The notes: generated by a model from the sequence alone, not told the origin. DNA of 63,506 nt, filler included, from Sluysia triapertura (GCA_046118255.1; 5 parts of 5 records of this genome joined end to end with filler, not necessarily neighbours in it); one strand, 5' to 3'. Positions 26,496 to 41,721 are shown, numbered from the whole stretch's first letter. Program-made: numbers and translations.

Positions 26496-28779
26496 TAATA
26501 GCTTATATTAAATTAAAATATAACCTATTATTTATCTTATTTTACTATAATAAAATTAAAAAAATTAATGAAAAACTTAACCCTATGCATGGATCTTCTA
26601 TCATCATTGTTGACATCGTGGTTGTTGCATTATTGTATTATTATTATTGTATGTAAAAATTTTGAAATCTTTATTTTATACTCTCTCATCATCCAATCAG
26701 TTCACAATCTCACAACAAAACACTCTCTCACACAGATCATTCAAATTTCTTTGAGGATCAGACCGACAATAACGACTTTGACAACTACATGGTACGGTCT
26801 GTCAAACTTTATNNNNNNNNNNNNNNNNNNNNNNNNNNNNNNNNNNNNNNNNNNNNTTAATTAATTAANNNNNNNNNNNNNNNNNNNNNNNNNNNNNNNN
26901 NNNNNNNNNNNNTCCAGAATTCTCTTTTATCTACAATCATAATGAAATGGAAAATGACAATAATGATTATAGTGTTAATAACACTATTTATACTAGTTAC
27001 TTCGCTGAAACTGACACGGCAATTTCAGAACGTGCCAATAAAAGCATTATATCAGCTGACCACAACTATTTACAATATGCACAATTTATATCATTTAATT
27101 TATCGAATGACTTAACATTCTTAACGTTTAAAAGTCAACACATTGGATTATAACTATCAGGTACCAACTCAATTAAATGAATAAAAATGCCTCAATATGA
27201 ACGAGTTATCAGCTTACGACGCTCACTTGGTAATCAACAATTACCAACTGGTCTACAATATTCAAACAGTAAAAAAATTAAGATTAAATCCGCCAAACTT
27301 TATGAAAGAAACATCTTCATCAAAACAATAAATATATTTGTGATACTACATTTCACAGAAATTAATTTTTGTCATTATTTCAAAATCAATTTAAATCAAA
27401 ATGCCTTCTAAAGGTTCACGGTAACAGTACATTCAATTATTTAAATATTCGATGATGACTGGATTTATAATTTAAAATTATAGTGGCAATTGAATTGATG
27501 TTCAAACATTCTATGTCTTATGCTTTTACTCAAAATAATTTATAACACAACTTACTACAAATTAAATATGTACAAACTATTATATCAGTACCGCTTTCCC
27601 AAAAAATATCACTTTAATCAGAAGTTATTTACAAAACGTTTTTTAATTAATTTAAAGTTAATTTACAAAAGTACTTTTATTAATTTTAAGGTCTGCACAA
27701 CCTTTAAAATATACCATCCAAAAATATTGAACATAAACAAAGTTGTATTACTCTTTCTTGTCCTACACGATTTATCCGGGTATCAACTTTATTACTTCCT
27801 TTACAGGGCTGAGTGTTAAATTATGCGGTTTATTTATTGAACCTTGAGAACATTTGAGTGATGCTACAGTACAAGACTTCTTAGAAATTCGTTTAATGTT
27901 ATGTAGAATTTTGAACCAATCATTGTAAATATTAATTAGTCGAAAATAGTTTTTAAGGCATACAGAAACTAAAACAACTGATTTGAGATCAGCAGTTATT
28001 ACTAAACAAAATATTTTTATTCCTTTCATATCGACATCAAAGCCTAATAAATACAAAGTAAATTTAACTTGCAAATCAAATATAAAACATTTTGCATTTA
28101 ATCTACGGCATCACAAGTGTCAAACAAATCAAAACTCCAATTTCAAGTGAATCGTAATATTCAAATTTTATTGGAAAATCATTGCACTTTGATTAACTAC
28201 TACTCTCTTCTTCGTAGACTTGTACCACATTCTTTCCTCTTAATTTACTCACTTAGCGTTTATTTTTCACACCTTATTGATCAACTTCAGTTAATACTTT
28301 AATACGATGACACAATTTTTAGAAATGTCGCATAAGCAGATTGCATTAGAGATATATAGGTTTTACTACAGGTCAAATATTTATGATTACCAACATAAAG
28401 CGTACAATTTCTAAATATTGAAAGTTTTTTGAAATGTTAAACTTTTTTATGGTTTCGTGACCATCAAAAATAGCATATTTCAAAGTTCTATTTAAAACAT
28501 CAATTTCATCTGATGATAAATTGTATATTATTATTATTATAATTTGTTTTTTATTTTACTAATCTTTGTCAAATTTTCTTAATACATCTTGAATACGATT
28601 CCACTTATTTATTAATGAATAAAATATCATTTTTCTTCGCTAGACCGTAATAAGGCTAGCTAACAATCATAAAATATAAAAGAAATGTTTTAGAATTAGA
28701 CCGTAAAAGGCTAACTTAAAATCTCATAAATTATAATTACTATTAATTAAAGAATTTTTACTTGTTAATAACATAACGA

Positions 28780-29200
28780 ACAAACGCTGGTACAAGACTA
28801 TTTTTCATAACCATTAAGAACATACGTGACTATTTGCATGATAAACCTCTTCCTAAAAGCCTAATAGATCGCTTTCGATCAGATATAAGAAGTTTCTGTT
28901 AGGTGGAATTATGTTTTGCACTTTGCATCACTTTTTTAAGATTTAAATTGTAACAGTTCAAAATAATCTGCTGCCAATAAAGCTCTTGGGAACTTTCTTT
29001 GGTAATATTGATATCAGTGCCAAAACTGTAAATAGAGTCTAAACAGATTCCAAAGCAGTCTGATGTAAGAAGTTCATATGACAAGTTTAAAGCGGTACTT
29101 CTTTCATCATAGTCAAAAATTGCACAAAATAACTCTGAAGAACAAGGAAAAACATTTTAAGTCCGACATCTTCGATATCGCATAAAAATCATTTAAAATT
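28780..29200 (-). pseudogene. BTB-BACK (Kelch-like family) pseudogene
   Basis: FLCDI, then NVFPCSSELFCAIF...LLTSDCFGICLDSIYSFGTDINITKESSQEL (BTB pattern), then ESDLLGF*EEVYHA (BACK SDxLxxxxEEEV). Stops and frameshifts. Confidence 0.6.
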
Positions 29201-30825
29201 ATTTCCTTGTTATATTGTTAAACAACAGTCATCAAATGAATTTCTATTCGTATTTGTAACATCATTAGTTTTGATACTGTTATCATTTTCTGAAATATTT
29301 AAAGTGTTTCAGTAACCCTTGATCATTTTGATCATTACTTTGAAAATTAATCATTTAAAATTATGTTTAAAAAAGCATGTAACATCTTAACAATAATCAA
29401 GACTAAAATCTAAAAATTTTTAAACATTTTCATTTTATCGTAGTTTTAAACGAATACATTTGATATTGGACAAATTAAAATTTTTATTAATAATATACTT
29501 TATTTAAAAATTAAATTATTAACCTCCATATATTGTTGATTTTGTAATGACACCTAGTAATTACTTGTACGTGGCAAGGACACTATCTCAATTGATTATT
29601 AAAACAGAATTTCACTTTAAAATTTCTAAGTTATAATAAAAATAAATGAAATTTTGTCAGCAATACAAAATAAAACAGCCTATTGGCAGAATCAATCAGA
29701 ATTTGTTTTTATCGTATTTACAAACAAAAATAAAATCACATTTTGATTTTTGTTTATGATTAATGTATTTGAATCTTTTAGTACACTCTAGTTGAATAGT
29801 ATTTCAGATTTTTTTATTGCTTTTATATCGTTTGACTGTTTCTAATGAAAAAAACTAATAGCATCATCATTTTTTCAATTATAGCTACCACATGAACTTC
29901 ATCCTCAGTATCATCTGTAATATAATTGCCATTAACAGTTAGGCTTTAACTATACTGAAGCGAATAAGGCTTTAAATTATCTGTTGTGCGTAATTATTAT
30001 GAACTTTGTAATTATTATTTAAAATAGAAACAAGTATGATTAATAAATAATGTGTATTATTGTATTGTGTGATTAAATTGTATTTTTGAATATTCGAATT
30101 TTTATGTGATTAATTTAATTTTGGAAAATTTGAATGCGACTTAAAGTAAGAAATTATATAATTATATTAATTAAATTAATATATTAAACCAACGTAATTA
30201 TAGAATAAAATTAATTTTAATGTTTTGTTTTAATCTGGCCTTGGTCAGATTAAAACAACTATATATAGGCCTAAAATTTTGCAAAATAACTCAGTTTTTG
30301 TTGACAATTTTTATTAACACAATTTCAACTTATAAAGCTCTTCAATACAACTAGTTACTGCAAGTTTTCTTTTAATATTGGAATTCGTGGTTTACGATTC
30401 GAAATCAGCCTATTGTCAAGCTTCAAAATAAACTTTAGTTAACGTTACGTTAGTTTAATTGTGTTAAGTCAAGATATTAACAATATCAACGTAAATTCAT
30501 ACTTAAACTCTCTTTGTAAATTAACTATCTGGATCTTATAATAGATCCAACGTAAATTCATTTGTAAATTCATTTGATTTTATTTTTACTCATGTTGAGT
30601 TAAAGTACGCAAATTAATTATTATTAATATTACTATTATATACATTTTATTATTGTTTCATAATAAATTATTAAAATCGAGTCTCATTATTCAATGTACA
30701 TAGTCGCAAATATAAAATCCATAGCAGAAAATACGTTTTTAACAATTGGAATTTAAATCCAAAATCGTAAACTTCTTTTTTGAGATTCCATTTCTTGAGG
30801 AATCTACGTAAAATAATCCTAATAA

Positions 30826-30880
<55 letters not shown>

Positions 30881-33871
30881 TTTGATTATTTAAATAAAAT
30901 TTCATAAAATTAATTAGTATTAAAATTTACCTCCAGAAATATTTCACTGTCAAGATATAAACTAGCATCATTAACAAAACATTTTGAGGCAATTCTTTTT
31001 ACCTTTTACTTTTATCTACAAATCCAACGGCTGGCCCTAACTGGTAAGCCCAGTACGTTGGTGGACTTTTCTTTATTCTATCGTGTTTTTACTTAACATT
31101 TCCCACAGAATGTTTTGGATCTCAGTATTTTAGCTATTATTTTACTTTCACCAGAATTTTTTGGAAGAAATAGTTATTTTCCAACATTTTATATTTTCCG
31201 TGACAATGTTTTTATACACTTTTGATTAATAGTTTCATAGTATCCTTGAAAAAATGTTGAATTTTATCACAAAAATGGTCACCACTGTAAATAGTATTAT
31301 CAGTACGTCAAATATGAAGATTAAGAAACATAACTTTAACAAGGAACTTAGCAATATAAGATTGAAGCTTCACATTTCTACAATACTGATTAAATTTAAT
31401 CAGCAACAACCATTAATCCAGAAGTTATTTAACATCGTATAAAATATTGTAAATTGAAACGAATTTTCGAATCGAATATTCGAGTATATTCGGCTTAGTT
31501 TGTGACTGTGTACATAAAAAGATCTTGAAACATTTCACTAAGAAAACTTGGATCTTTATTTGTCAATAATTTTCCCGAAGCTCCACATCTAAGAAGAATT
31601 TTCACCGTACTACATTTCGCAATCGAATGTGATTTTATGTAAAGTAACATATAATTATTACTAAGTAATACATAATTATTATATTTCATTAGCTACAAAA
31701 TAAAATTTCTAAAAAAGAAAATTTGCTTTTAAGAATAGAATAGTAGCTTCTAGAGTGTTCTAGAACATTCCATCGATTTTCATTGTCTGATGACTAATAC
31801 ATACACTAGCAACAGTTTAATGATAATCGCCATATTGAAATTTTAGTAATTTTAAGCAGTTCTCAATTGTGCATTCGAAGGATTTTCAACTATTTAAAGG
31901 AGATTCTTTTTAAGATCCACCTTAACAGTAAGTTATTTTTTATAAGCCTATATTAATTTTGATCAATAAGATTAATATCATAAAATAGATTTAAATTTGA
32001 ATTTTAAAGAAAGAATAATGTTTCCCCGTTATATTGAGGGGTAAAATACAGACAAACTAACGTTTTAATAAAACTTAAAGACTGAACAACAGTTTTAGCT
32101 TTACTAATTATAATTTATTTGAATTTTTATCCTCATAAGTTTTATAATTTGAGTTAATTGTCGGATTTTTAGTTTTCTTCATTATAATGAAATTTGCATT
32201 GTATTTATTAAGTATTTTTGAATATAGACCCTCAAGCATTAAATTTGATTGTAAGTTATAAAGTTGTAATATTACTATTAAAGTAACTATTAACTTATTT
32301 TGTTTCAGAAACGCCGACTATACATTGTAAGACATTTTCTGTAACCGAACCCTGTCAAAAATTATTTTGCCGAAGGTTAAGAGTTAAACAAACCACAGCA
32401 TAAGTTATAGTATAATAATAAGAATAAAATAATTAATGAAACACTACTAACAGCACACTTCAAGCATACTACTGGCTTGGTTACCATACTCATATTATTC
32501 ACATTCTTCAGTTTTTTAATGATAGGATCCATTTGTATTGTCGAGCAATAATTCATGCACTACAATATTATAATGATAATATAATAATTATTTTTTAAAG
32601 TTATATACGTTTTATTAGTAAAGTAAAATTGTTATTATTATTAATCGTAATTATGAAGAAATCGAAATTTTTGTAGATCATGCCTTTTGATGTATCGGAA
32701 AAAATCGTATTGGTGGAGTATATTCAATGTAAATGAAAGACAAAATAAATTCTTTTTAATAAAGTTTTAGCTAAATAAAACTTTATTTAATTATTTGTAT
32801 TTCTGTTAGACTTCATTAAATAGACCGAGTAGGATTTGATGCTCTGACCATTGAGCTGTCAGCCCCGTCTAACAATTTTATTTTATTATAGTCAATTATA
32901 CTATCACTATTATAAATGGTACTTTAGGCCTTTACATCAACATATTTCATCCAAGTCAATTATGTTTGAACTCAAACATCTTGTAAATCATTTAATTCAA
33001 ATGTTAGACTTCATAAAATGAAGTCTGATCGGGAATTCGAAAACGGACCTTCTTATCTATCATAATTCTAAATGGAACTTTAGGTCTGTACCTCAACATT
33101 TCTACAAAACATTTCATATAAAGATTGGATGTATGATATTATAATAAATAAGCTTGTTTAAGCATGAATTTGCTAGAAAAATTACTACTTTTCTATTTGG
33201 TAATACTGTTCTTCAGGCATTGTTCGGAATGAGTTCGTTTTGCTTCTGGTATATCAAAACATTTAAAGAATATTCGAATATTCAAGAAAATCTTCGAGTA
33301 TTTAAACTTTTTGCAACTACAGTTAAGTTTATTTATCTAGACTGTTTACATTAGCAAAACTTGGATAATGACGGGTAATAATTAAGAAAAACATATAATA
33401 TTGAAGATTAACGATTATTTCAATCAGTTGTACAAGAAATGATCGCAAAGTAAGTGTGTAACTGTTGGCAACATATGTTGAAAATTATTGTGAACTATTT
33501 TATAATTAAATAAAATCCATACGATTTAAAATTAATCTTAAGATTTTTGAAACTGTTCTACGAAGTACAAGTAGTACAAATCAATAATGATTTTATTTTC
33601 AATGATAATATTTAATATGGTTCACCTTGCGCCCATCACCTGGGTAAACATTTTTAAATACTTTTTATATGTACTTTTGGTAGAAGAAAGGCTAAAGTTT
33701 CGATTNNNNNNNNNNNNNNNNNNNNNNNNNNNNNNNNNNNNNNNNNNNNNNNNNNNNNNNNNNNNNNNNNNNNNNNNNNNNNNNNNNNNNNNNNNNNNNN
33801 NNNNNNNNNNNNNNNNNNNNNNNNNNNNNNNNNNNNNNNNNNNNNNNNNNNNNNNNNNNNNNNNGAATTAC

Positions 33872-34090
33872 CTGCCCACTACAGTGATTATTGATATCAT
33901 TTAAACAATACTCGATCTTCTGTCGCGGAATAAAGTCGACATTTTCTGCATCTTTGTTATTGTCAATAAATTGTTTGTTTGTAAAATAATTTAGTTGCTG
34001 ATTAGATAAATAATCGGAGAAACTTTGCATCAAACTGTTTACTAGATTCTGTTTGTTTTTGTTCGACACATTTGTCGTTGAATTTATATA
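33872..34090 (-). CDS. Isolated internal exon, unknown protein
   Basis: TTTTCAG acceptor and CAG|GTAATT donor; 219 nt open, phase 0/0 (YINSTTNV...NHCSGQ). Partner exons not identified. Confidence 0.4.
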
Positions 34091-34454
34091 CTGAAAATAC
34101 GAAAGGAAAACATTATTATGAAAATACACGGTTTTATTATTCTAATCGTTTTACATTTATAATTTAATGTACATAAATGAGGGTCACTTCTTAATACTTT
34201 CATGGAGCACATTTTATTTAGAAGTTGTACTTATTAAAAGAAATACATTTGAAAATGTCCCAAAATTGGAACATTATAACACACATGCAGATATAAACTG
34301 TACTTTATGCTGTTGCATTCATAGAATACAGAAACATAAAGAAACATTGGGAAGAAACAATTGCCACATAAACAAATTGTTGAAGAGTTCTAAAGTGCAC
34401 AAAATCCCCGATTACCTCTTGAAGATAAACAAGATAAATAGCATCTAGTCCAAG

Positions 34455-34735
34455 CAGGGCTGTTCCCGGTGCACCGGATAAATTTTATCCTTCGGTTTTT
34501 GATTTAGGTGCACCTGATTTTATCTTATTAACATGATCAATAAATAAATGGCAGTATAATGGTCTTAAAAATCATGAATTTTTATTATACTTCTTGAGTG
34601 TTTTTTGAAATAAAATTTTAGAATATTTATAATAAGTTTCTAATTGGGAAATCAATGTTTTATAATACAAAACATGTCTCACTTTGGAATAATGGTTGTT
34701 CGTAGGTGTTTCATTATATACTATATAATATGTAT
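34455..34735 (+). repeat. Dispersed ~280-bp repeat with a hAT-like CAGGG terminus; inverted copy at ~46540-46812
   Basis: CAGGGCTGTTCCCGGTGCACCGGATAAATT...ACATGATCAATAAATAAATG matches the reverse complement of 46540-46812. Confidence 0.75.
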
Positions 34736-37603
34736 AATAGGAAAACTTTTCAGGAAAATCCTTCAAAGTCAAAGCTCTCATTCCAAGTCAATTTCACCCG
34801 ATTTGCATCTAAGTTCGTCTGTTAGACTTCAATAAATGCACTGACCGAGATTCGAATCCAGACCCTCTTACCTCACAGCTATGCAGTTCGATGAATTTGT
34901 ATTTAATTTAATACATTTATTTCAACACAGATAATAAGATAATCAAAATATATGCATAAATATAAATAAAGATAAATTCTGGGGATTATAAAAAGGATAG
35001 AGACAAGAAAATGTTCATATAAATGGCAAATGCTGCTGCTGCCAGCAGTGCTGCTATCAGTCCTATCCATCAATTTTACTATCATTATTCTATATGACAC
35101 TTTAGGTCTGTACCTTAATACCTCGAAGATAAATTGTTTACATATAAAGAAGACTTAGAGAGTTATTTAGCTTCTTTAATCTTTTTAAACAAATGACATA
35201 CACTATTAATTTTATTGGTCTATGTAAACCTGTGATCGGGAAGCAGGGTTAAAAGTGAAATTTGATTGGACAAAAAATTTAAATAATTTTAATTTTCAAA
35301 AATGAAAAAAGTTTTATAAAAAATTTACCATCACCAAACACATTCAATTTGAAAACATTATTATTGTATATTGCATGGTGTATGTTTATAATTTAGTATT
35401 TGTATCTTAGAAAACGGTTACAAATATTCTTATGTCCGTTTCATGTGGTTTAAGATTTAGTTTTAGTTGAATTTTCTGTTAAAACTGTGGTAGCGGAAAG
35501 GGGTTAATTATCTCTAATTGGAGAGTAGACGCGAAATTTTGTTCAGTTGAAACCATACTTACTTTCGAGATAAAAGAAGTATTCAGAGAAGTCAAATTGA
35601 CTAAAACTAAAACAATTTATAAAATTACAAATGGTCTTGTGTTTATTCTTATAATACAATGACAAATAGCCAATACTTAATTGAATAAATCAATAATTCA
35701 CATTACATTTATTTACACTTACTTACGACTTTTTGGGTTAACTATCTAGAACCTATAAAAGCTTTATATTTTAAAATATTTTCTAAATTTTCCGTCTTCT
35801 TCTTCTTCATCTTCATAATTCGTTATTTAAAATAAATAAACAAATAAATAAATAAATAAATAAAATACATAAATAACAATAAATATATAAATAAATCATC
35901 ATCATCGTCAATCACTATATAAAAATAAATAAATACATAAATAATAATTATAATTATTATAAAAATTGTGGTGGTGAATATGACGACAAAATATTTTTAA
36001 ATGTCAACTTAAATATTACGAACTGATTTCACACTTTTTGTACCAAATGTCATTAGTGATGTTTTCTGTAAAGTATTGGCATTTGTTTCCAAAACATAAT
36101 CATTTTTTTTACAATTAATTAGCAACACTAATAATATAAANNNNNNNNNNNNNNNNNNNNNNNNNNNNNNNNNNNNNNNNNNNNNNNNNNNNNNNNNNNN
36201 NNNNNNNNNNNNNNNNNNNNNNNNNNNNNNNNNNNNNNNNNNNNNNNNNNNNNNNNNNNNNNNNNNNNNNNNNNNNNNNNNNNNNNNNNNNNNNNNNNNN
36301 NNNNNNNNNNNNNNNNNNNNNNNNNNNNNNNNNNNNNNNNNNNNNNNNNNNNNNNNNNNNNNNNNNNNNNNNNNNNNNNNNNNNNNNNNNNNNNNNNNNN
36401 NNNNNNNNNNNNNNNNNNNNNNNNNNNNNNNNNNNNNNNNNNNNNNNNNNNNNNNNNNNNNNNNNNNNNNNNNNNNNNNNNNNNNNNNNNNNNNNNNNNN
36501 NNNNNNNNNNNNNNNNNNNNNNNNNNNNNNNNNNNNNNNNNNNNNNNNNNNNNNNNNNNNNNNNNNNNNNNNNNNNNNNNNNNNNNNNNNNNNNNNNNNN
36601 NNNNNNNNNNNNNNNNNNNNTATTATTTGAAAAGAATTTCCTGACAAAAGCAATTGTTTTTTATTCTGTAACTCCTACTTTTAAGAATTGCCTTTGTTTT
36701 TAATTTTTGATTTAATTAATGCTGTCAATAATTCATTCGGAAATAAGTTTTTCCGTTAATTATTTTATTTTATATTTATTTATTTATTTATTTATTTAAT
36801 GATTTTGTTTACCAAATACGGAAAAAAAAATAAAAATGGGACTATTTTTTCCTGTCAAAAGCAATGTTAATTAGTAAAACGATTTTTTATATGTTTCGAC
36901 GTTTTGATTGGTTCTAGAAACTGATAAAATGCTCTGACCACTGAACTGTCAGCCCCATCCAACAATTTTTGTTTTTATTATATCGGATATGGATGAGATG
37001 AATTCATGTTATTTGGAATTTCAAGCAACTTCGTATAAAACAGCAATTATGAGTAAAGAAGTATTGTTGTGATAAGCAAACATGTGATGAAGGTATGTGC
37101 ATTATATAGTTGAATAATAAATTATCACTTTTAATTTATATAAATTAAACAAAATATGCGGTAATTCAAGCTATCTGCTTTTCATCACATACCGTTTTCA
37201 ATTTGTCAATAATAATACAAAAACAATCCATTAACATAATTATTTTTATCAAAATTGCTATTATTTTTAATACTTTTTTATGGAGCATGAGAGATGATCT
37301 CATTATTTTAATCATTGTATTTCATTTAGAGGTTGCAATATATTAAAAGAAAAAATTTGAAAATGTGTCCCAAATATGAGACATTGACGAATAATGAAAT
37401 AACCTTTTGAAATTAAAAAGGCATTTTCAATCTATGCATTTTTATTGGGTCAATAAACATAATGACTGTTAACGAAAGATATTTATTAGCGACTTACGAA
37501 AATAGCTATTGAACAATATTACTACGGTTCTTTACAGAAGCAAATATATAAGTGAATTGAATTTCCGAAATTAACAACCACCAATTTGAGCAAATACTTA
37601 CTA

Positions 37604-38038
37604 TTGGGTTGGTGCAGTTCGTGGGGTATTTTATAGTTATGAAAAATGCATATTGATTCAGAATACAAACCATGCAAAAAATTCCAGTTAACAAAATGAC
37701 TTGTCCAAGCGCTAGTGTCGATTGACACGGATCAACATAAATTTATTTGGTTCAAACGGTCTTCGTCGTTTCCACTATTAAATTTTGAAAACCACTTTTG
37801 TGCTGTTCGTTCACTGACTGCCTTTTCTCCATAAACGCAACAAATCATTCTGATGGCTTTTGTAGCATTTAAATGTTGATTAAAATAGAAAAGGAGTAGA
37901 TGCCTGACACACCACTTTGATGAGGGTAATGAAAATGAAAGTTAGTCTAAAATGTTTTCAATAGAAAATTCAGTTGAATGAATATAACTCAAATAAGTTA
38001 AAACAAATAACACCGCGTGAATTTATGCACCAATAGAA
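37604..38038 (-). mobile_element. Internally deleted mariner element
   Basis: TA then TTGGGTTGGTGCA at one end and TGCACCAA at the other (Hsmar1-type TIR). HTH RHLLLFYFNQHLNATKAIRMICCVYGEKAVSERTAQKWFSKF. A related 5' fragment lies at ~47300-47385 (+). Confidence 0.85.
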
Positions 38039-38099
38039 TCGAAGAAATCCTAAATTTTAAAACTGATATTACTCATTTATTCGTATATGTGATTGGTAT

Positions 38100-38640
38100 T
38101 CTTCAAGAATTGACTCTTGTAGATAGATAAGTAGCAATGCAATTCCAGAAGGTACTTCAGGATTTATTTTCAAATCTGTGTAAGTCACAATGACGAAATT
38201 TATTCGTATTATTCTTACTAAAAGACAATTTTTAACGAAGACAATTTAATTTTGCTGCGATTTTTTTGAAAAATTAAACGATTTTTTCAAGAATAAAACT
38301 AGTATTGTATTTACTTCGTCACATATTGAACGTTCCTTTTACTAAAAAAGATCATCATTTTGAAGAACAGTATGGAAAATGATTCGAATTATTTTAGGTC
38401 GCTATAATTTCAAAAAGTAATCTTGGATTGGAAATCATTTTTGATTGACATTAATGAGATTTGAAACCCAAGAGGAATAGGCTTAAATTAAATCATGAGT
38501 TTCCACAAAAATATTTTCAATGAATTCTAGGCTGAATTTCCCACAATTTCTGAAATGACACTCCTTGTTCTTCTCTGAAACAGCACAACCTTTTTTTAAC
38601 GCTAATGTTTATTAAATTCAAATATCGTTCTACACCGAAA
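38100..38640 (+). mobile_element. Buster/Charlie-like hAT transposase remnant
   Basis: EFPTISEMTLLVLL...TLMFIKFKYRST resembles the hAT C-terminal dimerisation domain (EYPxLSxxALxxLLPF...TLxxIKTKYR). Heavily decayed. Confidence 0.5.
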
Positions 38641-41600
38641 GAGTATAAGTTGTTTATTGTCAAATAATGTCAAATATTTTAATTTATTATGCATCAAACA
38701 CATTCCAATTTGATCTTCGTTCATAAAAAGAAGGTACAAAGAAGTACTGTGTGGGAAAGGAAAAAACTACAACGTATCATAACCTTACATGATTGCGTGC
38801 GGAGAAACGATGTGCAACAATATCGAAATTAATGTTAAGATAAGTAACACAGAAAGTTGTAAGAAAAACTCAATACTTTTATCTTGAAAATTCATTGAAA
38901 AACTGTTCTTTTAGAAATACATCTAATGAAGAAACTTATCATCTTGGATTAGTTTTGTTATTATTATGATTATTATTATTATGATTATGATTATGATTAT
39001 TGTTTAAATTGCTACAAGGATAATTATTCAAAAAATTAACAATTTAAAATTTATTTCTAATTTCTAATTATTTTTACTAAAGAAATAGCCCCAAAAATAC
39101 TGATACTACTGATAACATCGTTCGTATATCTGTCACTATATCTTTTAATTTAATTACAAAGCGATGTAATCAATAATATATTTTTTCAAAATAAAATAAA
39201 AACAAAACAATAATAATAATGNNNNNNNNNNNNNNNNNNNNNNNNNNNNNNNNNNNNNNNNNNNNNNNNNNNNNNNNNNNNNNNNNNNNNNNNNNNNNNN
39301 NNNNNNNNNNNNNNNNNNNNNNNNNNNNNNNNNNNNNNNNNNNNNNNNNNNNNNNNNNNNNNNNNNNNNNNNNNNNNNNNNNNNNNNTTATAAATGAAAC
39401 TTTTCGACGATTCTGACTGTAGAAAAGCAGAAAAAATTCATTCATTATCAATAATTAACGAAATAATATTTCTATTGGAAAATTTTTCTTAATTAAAATT
39501 GGTCAACGTTAATTGTAATATTAATTAAAATACTAATTAAATATTTGTATATTCTTTTTAGAAATTACAACTTGTNNNNNNNNNNNNNNNNNNNNNNNNN
39601 NNNNNNNNNNNNNNNNNNNTTAATTAATTAANNNNNNNNNNNNNNNNNNNNNNNNNNNNNNNNNNNNNNNNNNNNTATGATTGGCCTTAATGACCAACCG
39701 TGAAAAAGGATATTTTAAGTATAGTTTATTACTTTTCGAAAAGTTAAAAAACTTATGTAACCAAACTTACGGATAAATCAATTTTTCGGTGTTGACTGTT
39801 CAAGAATTGAATTCCAAATTCGATTATTGTTGATGCAGATGTGTTACCCCTCTAATCGGAGGCGCGGGGATCACACAGTTGTTATGACGAAAAGTTGTTG
39901 ATAGAATAACTGGAAAACATCGATGAATTTACTGGCGATGATGATTTTTCTTTATAAATGACTTGCTAATTTTAAAAATGGCTTCCAATTGTAAGTTGTG
40001 ATTGATCTTTGTTAGTCATTGTCTTTATATACGGATAAAGACATTTTAAATTTTGGTTCATTTAAATAAACTTCTTTCTAGAAGTTTCTTTTATGCCATT
40101 TTTTAATTTATAATAATAATAATTTTAATTTTAATATAATTAAATTAATAATATTTTAAAATACATAAATTTTAACAATTTTTATAATATTTTTTGTAAT
40201 TTAAAAATCGTAAAAATACAAAATACAAAACATAAAATTATGTACACCTTTACAATAATAGTTAATTAAAATAATAACAGTAAGTAGTAAAAAACAAAAT
40301 TAAATAATAATTATGATATTAATATTAATTAAAAGTAATGGATTTAATGGTAGTGCGCAAAAATATCACAAATAAAGGATGTATTTTCAATTGAACTAAG
40401 GCGTAATGTCCAAAGTATGTTACAGCGCTATAAAATTACAAATAATTAATAAAATTGGAACTAAATGTAAAATTAAGAAAATTATAGTTCGGTGCTATAA
40501 CTACAACGATAACAGCATTACAATCGAAAAAGTCATTTACAGTCCAGAATTTATTCAAAAAGTAAACAACGATAATTCGTTAACATCTCTTGTCACCAGA
40601 TTAATTATAAGCGTTAAATTTGACGGCAATTATCATGAACTTTAAAATAATCAATAACTAACACTCAAAAACATACACATTAAGCATGAAGCTTCAGATA
40701 TTCAATTTTTCATAATCGTAAGTTTATATTGAATAGGATTTTGTATTTGTTTATCAAGATCTAAACTTCGACTAGTGAGTCAACCAACGTACTAGGCTTA
40801 CCCATTAGGGCTAGCCGTTGGATTTTTTAAGTCAAATTGAAATTTAATATGGTGGTTGTTCACTATAATTTAATGTGGCAATTAAATATATTTACTTTAA
40901 AATTTTATAAAGTTAATTCAGGTCAGTTATTGGCATATTTCGTATATCCTATGAAAAGGTTTTTTTAATTGATTTTACGAATCAGAATGAAATTCTGATA
41001 AAGCTTCAATGATTTGGCGATTTTATAATTTTAAAGCTATACTAGGTATATTCAAAGAACTCGAAATGTTAAATTAATTATATATTACAAAAATTGGTAA
41101 AATGTTGTGTTACAAAAGTTTAATAATACAATCATAAGGATAATAGTTAGTTTGCGTAATTAACTAATAGTTAATCTATTCAAAGATTATTTTAAATAAG
41201 ATTTTTAGTTAGAACCACTAAAAGGTTCCAATTATTAATAATAAATGAATTTACGTGGATTTTTCGTCTGATACTTATGAGATCTAAATCTTACAGAAAT
41301 AAACCAACGTTTTACAAATAATTAAAGTTTTCTTTAAATGAATCTTAATCTTCTATTGTGAGGAGGATATACGACGGTATTTTTCTGAAACTTTAGTTGT
41401 ATTTTATAAATTTTGTTGTATGTGAATGCATATTTTGTAAGTGTAATTATAGGAACTTTTTGTTTGACCTTGAATATTTTTAAAATATTTGATTTTTTGA
41501 AAACTTTAATTTTTTGAAACTAAAATCTTTACAAAAATAATATTTAATAATATTTAAATAATATTTAATAATATTTAATAAAATTTAATTACTTACACTG

Positions 41601-41721
41601 TAATTTTATCCAAATATTATCCAAAAATAAATGATTAAAATAAACAAATCATTAAACTAAATCATTATAAATCAATTGTATCTATAAAATTGTGTCTATA
41701 AAAAATCAATTATGAATATAT

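Noticed and set aside
32309-32400. Possible further FCHSD exon (CAG...AG|GT)
   Set aside because: It is a dispersed repeat (inverted copy at ~48058-48155), lies on another scaffold and has no SH3 motif.
36009-36653. ORFs spanning N runs (also 6852..7064, 33587..33904, 39170..39451, 39219..39416)
   Set aside because: Artefacts of translating assembly gaps.
39730-40020. Downstream PDE exon
   Set aside because: No GD/MDR or invariant-Gln motif, and candidate frames contain stops.
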